DNA from: a virus
Taxonomy: Duplodnaviria; Caudoviricetes
Strand: one strand, 5' to 3'
Length of the DNA: 31,040 bases
IMG/VR virus record: IMGVR_UViG_3300027774_000007
Location: 1-31,040 of that record
Below are positions 22,001 through 28,976 of the stretch, piece after piece (positions within the stretch are counted from its first letter, which is position 1; each line of letters begins with the position of its first letter). Both the position numbers and the translations under genes were made by a program. The notes below the pieces were generated by a model. It saw only the letters and a list, made by a program, of their open reading frames with translations, was not told the DNA's origin and searched no databases.

Positions 22001-23359
22001 CTTCATGCTGGAAATGTAATCGAGATTACTCAATACAATCATGGTATGCACTCTGGAAATAATAAATTAGAAATTTCTAATGTTTTACCAACAACTTCTC
22101 CAGTGATATTAAATGCTGCTGTAGGTTTATCTACATCTATAGCATTACTCGATGATCCTGCAAGCGGAGGAAATGCAACAGCATCATTCGCTGAGTTTGA
22201 AGGAAAACCTGCTACAACTGGATTTGTAAAAATTAATAATGAAATCATGAAATATGCTTCAATTGATTCTAATAACGAATCACTGTTTATTTCAGAGAGA
22301 GGCATAAGTGGAACAGCGATTCGTGAGCATCCAAAAGGAAGTTTAGTTTACAAGTATGAATTTAATGGATTCTCACTAACAGGTATCAATACTGATCATC
22401 AATTGCCTTCAACATCACTACTCAGGACTGAGAGTGATATTGATAAGTATTATATTGAGATTCCTAGAAGTGCAGGTAGAATAACTGGTGATGATATGAT
22501 GAATTTCTTTGACGATTCATTTGGTGGTGGAAGAGAAATATTTGTATCACAAAATATTCAATTCAATCAAATATATCCTTTGATAAATCATATTACACCG
22601 GGACAAACTGCATTATCTGCTCGTACTAGAACTGTTAGTGGTACAAGTGCTGGAGGAAATGAAGTATCATTCCTTGATCAAGGATTTGAAAATATTCAAT
22701 TAAACGCAATAAACCCTCTTAGCACTCCAAGATTAGTTGCATCTCCTATAAATGAAACAGCAAGATTATCTGATCTTCCATTAAATAGATCAAATACAAT
22801 ATCAATTAGACTGTTATCCGGTGATCCCAACTTATCACCTGTGATTGATACTATGAATAGTTCAATCAATTATATAAGAAATAGATTGAATAATCCAATA
22901 GGAGATTATGCGTTAGATCCAAGAGTAAAATTAAATTCAAATGATCCACACGCAGGAGTTTATATCTCTAATCGTGTTGACTTGAAACAACCCGCAACTT
23001 CACTTCAGGTATTGATAAGTGCACAAAGGTCTGAATCATCTGATTTCAGAGTTTTGTATAAATTATTCAATTCTGAAATTAGTGAAGGAGAACAATCATA
23101 TGACTTGTTCCCCGGTTTTGATAATTTACTTGATACAGATGGTGATGGTTTTGGTGATCAGGTTATAAATGCTGCTAGAAATAGTGGTAGACCAGATGCC
23201 AAGGTTGGATCGAGCACAGATGGTGAATTTTTAGAATATCAGTTTACTGCTGATAATCTATCAGAATTTACTGGATTTGTAATAAAAGTGGTGTTTAGTG
23301 GCACAAATGAAGCAGAAGCACCAAGATTAAATGATCTACGAGCAATTGCGTTGGCATGA
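16082..23359 (+). CDS. Large virion structural protein, VrlC-like / DUF4815 family (2425 aa)
   Basis: N-terminus NLNISPYYDDF...VQARELTTLQSILQ, NFAAPGADRLKI, AKRTYEESGNY, RYTMRDIGGLEDRI, RFKTGFFVDDF, DPLAQSF, and C-terminal PRLNDLRAIALA. Standard position after gp8 in T4-like cyanophages. Confidence 0.85.
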   Translation: MPQKTNLNISPYYDDFSKDNQFYRVLFNPGRPVQARELTTLQSILQDQVESFGSHMFKEGSMVIPGNSSYDYEYYSIKLQSDHLGVPVSLYVDNLKGKTLKGQDTGIRIKVDNYALPEDSSEITDLTLFVKYIDSGDTNEVSFMADGENLILEETFIYGNTQITAGETVASLIDQDASKVGSAVSIADGVFFIRGHFVNVSADKIVLDPYSNVPNYRVGLFIEEEIVQAKDDSSLFDNARGFSNFAAPGADRLKIKTTLTKKPLTDYNDKNFIELIRLDDGQLKKNEQKPDYALIKDYFAKRTYEESGNYSVGNFKVEVAECLNDGVSNEGVYLSNEKTDQRNTPEEPLMCVKVSPGKAYVRGHDIEKSGTSVIDVDKPRDKEEFKDAKVNFKLGTLFKLNNVHGTPVLGLNNNLANSTISLRSQRKGTGTNPTPNGSEIGRARTYAFENTDAAFKDATTQFDLYLYDVQLYTRLTVNVALSNAELPVTSFVEGLSSGATGFATSQGGGLAFINLDQVSGTFIVGEKIRINGDDSLIRSVTTVQKFGLEDIKSVHQEDTFISGADFSGDLVLQSKVIKELGIGDEVNISASSVLTCAGKTFGSLKVNDIIIINLTTDASPRFNRVSAISPDLKSVTLAATNTVTGVNIGTALASVSPTGVHVARPQIFLNDTGLYAELQKKNVSDVSLAQSKLLIKSQVEKSASSNTLTVSVSDLTDVTSASFVPYDGDRYSISKKTASDTTHQVLEESQVVMGANNQSITFNNISNGAKVVNVTLEKDIISQKTKNVSRSNSLIVNDSNQVGIATNGLTHSKAYGLRVQDKEISLNTPDVFNVVGIFESVNLADPVLDKLVFVSGLSLNTNTVLGEKIKGATSGAVAVLVGQTSATTVEIVRLTQSKFIIGESITFEESSITTNLQGTIAGLFLNVTSNYVLDDGQRDEYADYSRIVRKDGATVPSRRIRVIFDKFTVPANDTGDVFAVGSYSANNFKDVPLLRNGLRASDTLDFRPRVADHTGSASPFAFGSRVFSTSGTNPTLVPAPNESSTLDFKFYLPRIDKLILDAGDPTGNAYTQGEFQIIKGVSSQNPVVPDDVETAMTIGTIEVPAYLYNTKDAVITLIDNRRYTMRDIGGLEDRIESLEKLTSLSLLELDTKALQIQDADGLSRFKTGFFVDDFKDTNLLDRNNPDCKCDIIASAQNLVTPTDFYTVKPELALDNSLNPSTADFSDNLALLDSGVRKTGDLITLDYDEVTMLEQPLASRVENVNPFNIVTFRGRMILNPAADTWTRNVILDNGTRTVLGDVEETFTNDRIVSSEPDTHIRSRNVAFDASGVKPTTRFYAFFDSASGIDVIPKLIEVSMDSGSFDINETIEGFDGADRVFAARSCAPNHKTGSISSPTTVYTNNPYNSALTLPSLYSSSSTVLNIDIAGLVEEAQGRFFGYIETGLKLVGSTSGATATVSNIRLISDSVGDLKGSFFFRDPLGTPVPQLRFENGTKTFKLTSSSDNGRPLLGDPSISEVEQVYRTSGQVDTFRQSTVVVRIPPPPPQPVVFNITNEFITNEITNVTNVTEVTNVTNVTNNITNVRNVTEVIRRRRHVFDDDPLAQSFTVDGTGAFLTAVDLYFRSKDVKEQLTIQVRTVELGTPTLILLQDFAQVVLEPSQVNVSEDASVPTKVTFPSPIYLEGGQQYAVVLLAPSSNNYEAWLGRMGEPTIETQSLPDAESIVISKQYIGGSLFKSQNGSIWTASQFEDLKFKLYKADFSKSRDAEVIFYNPELNYESSLVPTLKNNAIRTLPRKMKVKIDTGATASEIAVGKRIAAGIAGIHTTPNGIVERLGGVVSAESLEAGGSGYKASLSGQTVSTFNVTGGGTGLTLNVSSGSDGVITGAAINAAGTGYSVGDLVGIVTSTLGAGQQSGSGALFSIDSISATDTLYLTNVQGQTFSNNAALLHHNGTQFVALTGNKQVDGTVNTSIDALHAGNVIEITQYNHGMHSGNNKLEISNVLPTTSPVILNAAVGLSTSIALLDDPASGGNATASFAEFEGKPATTGFVKINNEIMKYASIDSNNESLFISERGISGTAIREHPKGSLVYKYEFNGFSLTGINTDHQLPSTSLLRTESDIDKYYIEIPRSAGRITGDDMMNFFDDSFGGGREIFVSQNIQFNQIYPLINHITPGQTALSARTRTVSGTSAGGNEVSFLDQGFENIQLNAINPLSTPRLVASPINETARLSDLPLNRSNTISIRLLSGDPNLSPVIDTMNSSINYIRNRLNNPIGDYALDPRVKLNSNDPHAGVYISNRVDLKQPATSLQVLISAQRSESSDFRVLYKLFNSEISEGEQSYDLFPGFDNLLDTDGDGFGDQVINAARNSGRPDAKVGSSTDGEFLEYQFTADNLSEFTGFVIKVVFSGTNEAEAPRLNDLRAIALA
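20732..20850 (+). repeat. Degenerate 9-bp tandem repeat (ACTAATGTW-like) encoding a (T-N-V)n array
   Basis: Translates as NITNEFITNEITNVTNVTEVTNVTNVTNNITNVRNVTEVI, flanked by PPPPPQP and RRRR. Confidence 0.85.
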
Positions 23360-23556
23360 TACGAGTAGAAGGACATAAACATCTTTATCGTGATGAAAAA
23401 ACAGGTGCAATCGTTAATTGCGATACGTCTGGTTATATGAGATATAAAAAGATGAAAAACAAAAAATTAACTGAGAAATCGGAAATAGATGCTCTCAAAT
23501 CTGAGATAGATACTCTCAAGAGACTTCTGAACGAACTAATTATAAATAAACTATAG
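23356..23556 (+). CDS. Small hypothetical protein with C-terminal coiled coil (66 aa)
   Basis: ATGA overlap with the upstream stop. The RVEGH..LYRD..TGAIVN motif is recalled from cyanophage ORFs at this locus. Heptad-patterned EIDALKSEIDTLKRLLNEL. Confidence 0.8.
   Translation: MIRVEGHKHLYRDEKTGAIVNCDTSGYMRYKKMKNKKLTEKSEIDALKSEIDTLKRLLNELIINKL
23541..23548 (+). promoter_or_regulatory. T4-type late promoter TATAAATA
   Basis: Exact consensus inside the 3' end of the 66-aa ORF, 30 bp upstream of the ATG at 23579. Confidence 0.8.
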
Positions 23557-23578
23557 ATCATACTATATTATTGCATAA

Positions 23579-23920
23579 ATGGCAGTATATGTTAGCAATC
23601 TTGTAATCAATACAGGTGCTACTTTCACACAAACGTTTTCTTTAGAAAATATAACATCTAATGATGCATTAGACCTTAGTGGGTTTACTGCAATGTCACA
23701 GATGAGAAAACATGCAGGAAGCACAGGTATCGCAGCAACTTTTACAGCATCAATTCAAAATGCTGAAAATGGTGTTGTGCAAGTTGGTTTAACAAGTGTT
23801 ACTACTGCTACTTTAAAACCCGGAAGGTATGTTTATGACGTAATCGTTTCCGATAGTGTAGGTGAAGTAACGAGAGTTGTTGAAGGATCTGTTTTAGTAA
23901 GACAAGGAGTGACCCGTTAA
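23579..23920 (+). CDS. Small beta-rich virion protein, putative fiber attachment/adaptor (BppU N-terminal-like)
   Basis: Pattern NLVINTGATF...LDLSGFT..SQMRK...GRYVYDV...RVVEG resembles phage Ig-like adaptor domains. Preceded by a late promoter. Confidence 0.7.
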   Translation: MAVYVSNLVINTGATFTQTFSLENITSNDALDLSGFTAMSQMRKHAGSTGIAATFTASIQNAENGVVQVGLTSVTTATLKPGRYVYDVIVSDSVGEVTRVVEGSVLVRQGVTR

Positions 23921-24147
23921 TGGCAAACATTAAAGTCCGTGTAGGGCAACAAAATGCAACCAAAGTTGTATCCTCATTAGCAGGAAACGTAAGTGGATCT
24001 CTTGCAGGTCTTAGTGACACGGAAATCAATAACCCACAAAATGGAATGGTTTTAGTTTTCAATTCAGCAACACAAAAATTTGAAGCAACTTTAACATTAA
24101 CACCCGGATCGACACAAAATTTGGATATCAATGGAGGTAACTTTTAA
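23920..24147 (+). CDS. Small fiber-associated protein (75 aa)
   Basis: TAATG coupling to the upstream gene. Fiber-like LAGLSDT...NGMVLVFNSATQKFE segment. Ends in INGGNF. Confidence 0.7.
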   Translation: MANIKVRVGQQNATKVVSSLAGNVSGSLAGLSDTEINNPQNGMVLVFNSATQKFEATLTLTPGSTQNLDINGGNF

Positions 24148-24149
24148 AA

Positions 24150-26216
24150 ATGGCTAGTATTATACGAGTAAAAAGATCTACGGGTACTACAGCTCCCGGA
24201 AGTCTTCAGTTCGGTGAACTTGGTCTAACAATCGGTACTGGTACTCAGGCAAACAAAGGAGAAAGACTTTTTGTTGGTGATAACTCAGGCAACGTTGATG
24301 TTGTTGGTGGTCGTTACTTTACCGACTTGATGGTTCATGCACCGGGAACAGTTGCTTCAGTATCAAACCCAACGACTGCTGCAAATGGATTTGTTGCAAT
24401 ATTAGATCAAAACAGAAAGGTTGATTTATGGAATGTAGATAATTTAACTTTAGATGGAAACACATTTTCATCCACTAACACGAACGGAGATATAAACATT
24501 GATCCAAATGGGTCAGGAGAGATTGTCATACCAGATGATACTTTCTTAACTTTTGGTACAGGTAAAGATTCAAAAATTGAATATGATGAGAATGGCACAG
24601 ACCAACTAACCTTCACAGGTGCGGATGTAAGAATTAATGTTGCAACTCAATCGAACGATAAAGACACCGGTGCTTTAATTGTTGAAGGTGGTGTTGGTAT
24701 TGAGAAAAACTTAAATGTTGGTGGAAATTTAAATATCATTGGTATTGTAACCTTTAGTGATCATATCAGACTTCCTGATAATAAAGAACTCCGCATGGGT
24801 GATGATAATGATTTTAGGTTATATCATAATGGAAATCATTCATTTATCGATAGAGCATCTGGTGGAACTGGAGATATCTTTGTAAGATTGGGAACTGATA
24901 ATGCTATTATCGCAAAAACAGATAATGCTGTTGAATTGTATTTTGATAATGCAAAAAAATTAGCTACCCGTATAGATGGAGTTGAGGTAACAGGAACAAC
25001 TGACACAGATAACTTAGTTGTATCAGGAGTTGCCACAGTCGCATCAGCAAAGATATCAGATTTAACAAACAATCGTATTGTTCTTGCTGGAACTGATGGT
25101 GAACTTGAAGATGATGCAAACTTAACGTTTGATGGATCTCAACTTTCAGTTGTTGGTATCATTACCCACGTTGGTAAGATGGTCAACACAGGTGGTATTG
25201 AGATTGATAGTGTTGGTATTTCATCAAATATAATATCTACAAGAGCCGGTGCTGGTGATCAATTATTCATCGATCCATTTCCGACTGGTGGAAGTAGTGA
25301 AGGAACAGTTATCATCAAAGGTGATTTACAGGTTGATGGAACAACAACCACAGTCAACTCAACTACTGCAACTGTTAATGATCCAATCATGCGTGTTGGT
25401 GATGTAACAAGTATTAGAACTGTTATGGCAACAGTATCCAGTGGTGCTAATACTATCGTTGTAGATTCAGTCACAGGATTACAAACTGATGATATTGTTA
25501 CAGCAACAGGAATTCCCGGTAATACAACAATTAGTTCAATAAACACTGGAACTAAAACTCTAACCATCAGTAATAATACTACAGCTGGAATTTCTACAAC
25601 AACACAATTAACAGTTACCCACGCGAAGGATACTAATACTGACAGAGGTATCTCATTCAACTATAATACAAGTTCTGGAACAGCCAATAATAAACTTGGT
25701 TTCTTTGGAATGGATGATAGTATAGCAGGTGCAGATGGAAGTAGAGTATGGACATATGTACCAGATGCAACTAATACTGCTGAAGTTATTTCGGGAACAA
25801 AGGGTTATCTTGATATTAAAGGTATTTACTATCAGTCTGGTGATTTCTCAACTCATGGTGTTGTATATTTCGATAGCACTGGATTACAGAACTCAACCAC
25901 TGCACCAAGTGCTGCTACATTTACCTCTACTCAACTCTTAACAGCAGTTACAGAGATTGCGATTACTTTAGGTAGTGCACAAGCAGTTACTGCTGGTGAT
26001 TTAGTAACACAAGCAGGTGGTGGATCACAACAAGGTGTCGTTAAAACTACATCTAACTCAACCACAGTTACATTGATTGGTGTAACTGGAACATTTAATA
26101 CTTCTGCTGATTTGATATTAAATGGAACCGGCACTGGTAAAACACCTACCAATGTCTCGACTACATACACTAGTAAACCCACATGGACAACGACGATCGA
26201 TGGGGGTACGTTCTAG
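24150..26216 (+). CDS. Fiber protein (688 aa), tail or neck fiber
   Basis: N-terminal IRVKRSTGTTAP.SLQFGELG (Mtd-N-like head), fiber shaft motifs GALIVEGGVGIEKNLNVGG and GDLQVDGTTTTVNST, Gly/Thr-rich, ends in IDGGTF. Confidence 0.8.
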   Translation: MASIIRVKRSTGTTAPGSLQFGELGLTIGTGTQANKGERLFVGDNSGNVDVVGGRYFTDLMVHAPGTVASVSNPTTAANGFVAILDQNRKVDLWNVDNLTLDGNTFSSTNTNGDINIDPNGSGEIVIPDDTFLTFGTGKDSKIEYDENGTDQLTFTGADVRINVATQSNDKDTGALIVEGGVGIEKNLNVGGNLNIIGIVTFSDHIRLPDNKELRMGDDNDFRLYHNGNHSFIDRASGGTGDIFVRLGTDNAIIAKTDNAVELYFDNAKKLATRIDGVEVTGTTDTDNLVVSGVATVASAKISDLTNNRIVLAGTDGELEDDANLTFDGSQLSVVGIITHVGKMVNTGGIEIDSVGISSNIISTRAGAGDQLFIDPFPTGGSSEGTVIIKGDLQVDGTTTTVNSTTATVNDPIMRVGDVTSIRTVMATVSSGANTIVVDSVTGLQTDDIVTATGIPGNTTISSINTGTKTLTISNNTTAGISTTTQLTVTHAKDTNTDRGISFNYNTSSGTANNKLGFFGMDDSIAGADGSRVWTYVPDATNTAEVISGTKGYLDIKGIYYQSGDFSTHGVVYFDSTGLQNSTTAPSAATFTSTQLLTAVTEIAITLGSAQAVTAGDLVTQAGGGSQQGVVKTTSNSTTVTLIGVTGTFNTSADLILNGTGTGKTPTNVSTTYTSKPTWTTTIDGGTF

Positions 26217-26227
26217 CCTAAAAAATT

Positions 26228-26440
26228 ATGAATTCACAAAATAATGATGTTGATGTTAACACTTTGATTAAAATTTATAATCAAAAAATATCAACACTTA
26301 CTAACCAAAATATACTTTTGGAAGCAAAATTGACAACTGTAATGACAGACTTTAATGATGAAAAAACAAAATTGGCCGCACAAGCACTTGAATGGCAAGA
26401 AAAATACGAAAACTTAGCATCTGAGGTAGAAGCAGAATAA
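26228..26440 (+). CDS. Small coiled-coil hypothetical protein (70 aa), possible fiber chaperone
   Basis: Heptad-patterned YNQKISTLTNQNILLEAKL...; TAATG-coupled to gp13. Confidence 0.72.
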   Translation: MNSQNNDVDVNTLIKIYNQKISTLTNQNILLEAKLTTVMTDFNDEKTKLAAQALEWQEKYENLASEVEAE

Positions 26441-27297
26441 TGGCAAAACCATCCACCAGACAAGGATTAATCGATTATGCACTTAGGAAACTAGGTGCAC
26501 CTGTGCTGGAAATTAATATTGATGATGATCAAATTGATGATTTGGTGGATGATGCTATTCAATTATTCAATGAAAGACACTTTGATGGTGTCGAAAGAAT
26601 GTATTTAAAATATAGATTCACTCAAAATGATATTGATAGAGGAAAGGCACATAATCAAGATGGATCTACAAATACAGTTGGTTTAGCAGCGACCACAGGA
26701 ACATCAACAAATATCATAGGTTATGGTACAACAACTTCACAGTTTGTTGAGACAAGTAATTTTATCCAAGTTCCTGAAAGTGTTATTGGTATAGAAAAGA
26801 TTTTTAAGTTTGATACGAGTTCGATATCCGGTGGAATGTTCAGTATCAAGTATCAGTTATTTTTAAACGACTTATATTATTTCAACTCTGTTGAATTATT
26901 ACAATATTCAATGGTCAAGAGTTACTTAGAAGATATTGACTTCTTACTAACTCCTGAAAGACAAATTAGATTCAACAAGAAACAAAATCGTTTGTATATA
27001 GATATGGATTTTAATTCCATGAATACAGAGGATTTTATCGTGATAGATTGTTTTAGAGCATTGAATCCTGATGATTTTACAAAAGTATATAATGATCCTT
27101 TTGTAAAGATGTATCTTGTTGCTCTAATGAAAAGACAGTGGGGTCAAAATTTAATTAAATTCAGAGGAGTCAAACTTCCCGGTGGATTGGAATTAAATGG
27201 AAGAGAGATATATGAAGATGGAGAAAGAGAACTAGAGGCAATCAAACAAAAGATGCAACTCGAATACGAGTTACCTCCATTTGACTTTATCGGGTAG
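26440..27297 (+). CDS. gp13: Neck protein, T4 gp13-like
   Basis: LIDYALRKLGAPVLEINIDDDQ and KRQWGQNLIKFRGVKLPGGLELNG are characteristic gp13 motifs. Confidence 0.95.
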   Translation: MAKPSTRQGLIDYALRKLGAPVLEINIDDDQIDDLVDDAIQLFNERHFDGVERMYLKYRFTQNDIDRGKAHNQDGSTNTVGLAATTGTSTNIIGYGTTTSQFVETSNFIQVPESVIGIEKIFKFDTSSISGGMFSIKYQLFLNDLYYFNSVELLQYSMVKSYLEDIDFLLTPERQIRFNKKQNRLYIDMDFNSMNTEDFIVIDCFRALNPDDFTKVYNDPFVKMYLVALMKRQWGQNLIKFRGVKLPGGLELNGREIYEDGERELEAIKQKMQLEYELPPFDFIG

Positions 27298-27302
27298 AAT
27301 GT

Positions 27303-28976
27303 ATGGCACTCAATCCCTTTTTTCTACAAGGATCTCCCGGTGAACAGAGATTAATTCAAAATCTCATAAATGAGCAGTTGCAAATTTATGGGGTAGAGGT
27401 TACTTATATACCAAGAAAATTTGTCAATAAAAAGTCTATCATCGAAGAGGTGCAATCATCCAAATTTGATGATAATTTTTTAATTGAAGCATATGTGAAT
27501 ACCTATGAAGGATATTCGGGTGCTGGTGATATCATGACAAAATTTGGTGTTAGTTTAAGAGATGAGATTACTCTTACAATATCAAAAGAGAGATTTGAAG
27601 ATTTTATTGCACCATTTTTGAATGATGATGAGTATGAACTTGCAACTCGTCCAAGGGAAGGTGATCTTATATTCTTCCCGTTAGGTACAAGATTGTTTGA
27701 AGTAAAATTTGTAGAGCATGAACAACCTTTCTACCAGTTAGGTAAAAATTATGTTTATCAACTTCAGTGTGAACTCTTTGAATATGAAGATGAAATTATC
27801 GATACTGGTGTTGATGAGATTGATCAGGAAATCGAAGAAGATGGATTTATTACCACTCTAAATCTTGTAGGAACAGGTGTAACTGCAACAGCAACTGCTG
27901 CGATATCAGTAAACTCCGGATACTTAAATTCAATTACTTTACTGAATGATGGTAGTGGGTATACGGGCACACCAACAGTTTCAATCAGCACAAGTAGAGC
28001 ATCAGGTGGTACAAACGCATCTGCAGTTGCTATAACCACTGAAAGATCAGGTGTATTCTCTATTAAGGAGATTATACTTACAAATCCCGGTTCAGGATAT
28101 ACAGTTGCTCCAAGTATTAGAATTCTTGGTGGTAATGGATCTGGTGCGATTGCAACTTGTAACATAGTAACTTCAGGTCAGGGTGTTATCAGTTTCAACA
28201 TCACTAAGGAAGGAAGAGGGTATACAACTAATCCTGCTGTTACAGTAGCGGGGCCAGTAGGTGTTGGAACAACTGCATTAGTTACCTCAGTTATTGATAT
28301 TGGATCAGGTCAAGTATCATCCTTCAGGTTTACAAACCCCGGTGCAGGATATACAAGTGTTCCAGCAGTTACAATAGCAGAGCCAGATTTAATTACAGGT
28401 CGTGGTAATTATCTCTATAATGATCTAATCGTTGGACAAACATCAAATACAGAAGCAAGAGTCAGATCATGGGATGCAGATACGAAAGTTCTTAAAGTTG
28501 CAAATGTAGGTATCGGATCAACAGTCAGAGGATTTATTCCCGGTGAGGAAATTAGAATTCAAACTGGTATTGGTGCAACTGGATTGAAAATTCATAAGAC
28601 AGTATTTACTGCTGGATTTACTACTACAGGTTTGTTTGTAGGTGCAGGTACTACATTCATACTTGTTGGAATTGCAAATACCACTAAATTTAATGTTGGA
28701 GATGATGTTGATGAAATTAAAAATGTTATCGGTGCAGGTGTAACAGTGCATTCAATATTATCTAATGGTAATATTTTATTAAGTGAGGATACGTTGAATA
28801 CCACTAGTGTACAAAATCAAACCATATCTATCGGAAGTACATCATTCATTTCATACAACGTACGTGAATATGATAATCGTGATATATATGATGATTACAG
28901 TAGTAATGATGAATTTGAACTTGAGGCAGATGAGATCATTGATTTTGCTGAAACTAATCCCTTTGGTACATACTAA
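27303..28976 (+). CDS. gp14: Neck protein, T4 gp14-like, enlarged by internal insertions (557 aa)
   Basis: Motifs YGVEVTYIPR, KFGVSLRDE, RPREGDLIFFP, FEVKFVEHEQPFYQLGK, CELFEY and C-terminal IIDFAETNPFG. Confidence 0.93.
   Translation: MALNPFFLQGSPGEQRLIQNLINEQLQIYGVEVTYIPRKFVNKKSIIEEVQSSKFDDNFLIEAYVNTYEGYSGAGDIMTKFGVSLRDEITLTISKERFEDFIAPFLNDDEYELATRPREGDLIFFPLGTRLFEVKFVEHEQPFYQLGKNYVYQLQCELFEYEDEIIDTGVDEIDQEIEEDGFITTLNLVGTGVTATATAAISVNSGYLNSITLLNDGSGYTGTPTVSISTSRASGGTNASAVAITTERSGVFSIKEIILTNPGSGYTVAPSIRILGGNGSGAIATCNIVTSGQGVISFNITKEGRGYTTNPAVTVAGPVGVGTTALVTSVIDIGSGQVSSFRFTNPGAGYTSVPAVTIAEPDLITGRGNYLYNDLIVGQTSNTEARVRSWDADTKVLKVANVGIGSTVRGFIPGEEIRIQTGIGATGLKIHKTVFTAGFTTTGLFVGAGTTFILVGIANTTKFNVGDDVDEIKNVIGAGVTVHSILSNGNILLSEDTLNTTSVQNQTISIGSTSFISYNVREYDNRDIYDDYSSNDEFELEADEIIDFAETNPFGTY
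27880..28380 (+). repeat. Four protein-level repeats in gp14 (A.A.......I...G.GYT..P.V.I)
   Basis: NDGSGYTGTPTVSI, NPGSGYTVAPSIRI, KEGRGYTTNPAVTV, NPGAGYTSVPAVTI, spaced about 35-43 aa apart. Confidence 0.8.

Noticed and set aside
1573-23359. Intein, intron or homing endonuclease explaining the giant ORFs
   Set aside because: No intein splice-junction, LAGLIDADG, HNH or GIY-YIG motifs were seen. The size is accounted for by repeated structural modules.
24139-24152. Possible frameshift at CTTTTAAAAA fusing the 75-aa ORF to the fiber
   Set aside because: It would need a -1 shift without a properly phased X XXY YYZ heptamer. The more plausible +1 shift at TTT-TAA lands out of frame.
24150-26216. 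Diversity-generating retroelement suggested by the Mtd-N-like fiber head
   Set aside because: No reverse transcriptase, no template/variable repeat pair and no C-type-lectin-like variable C-terminus are visible in the window.
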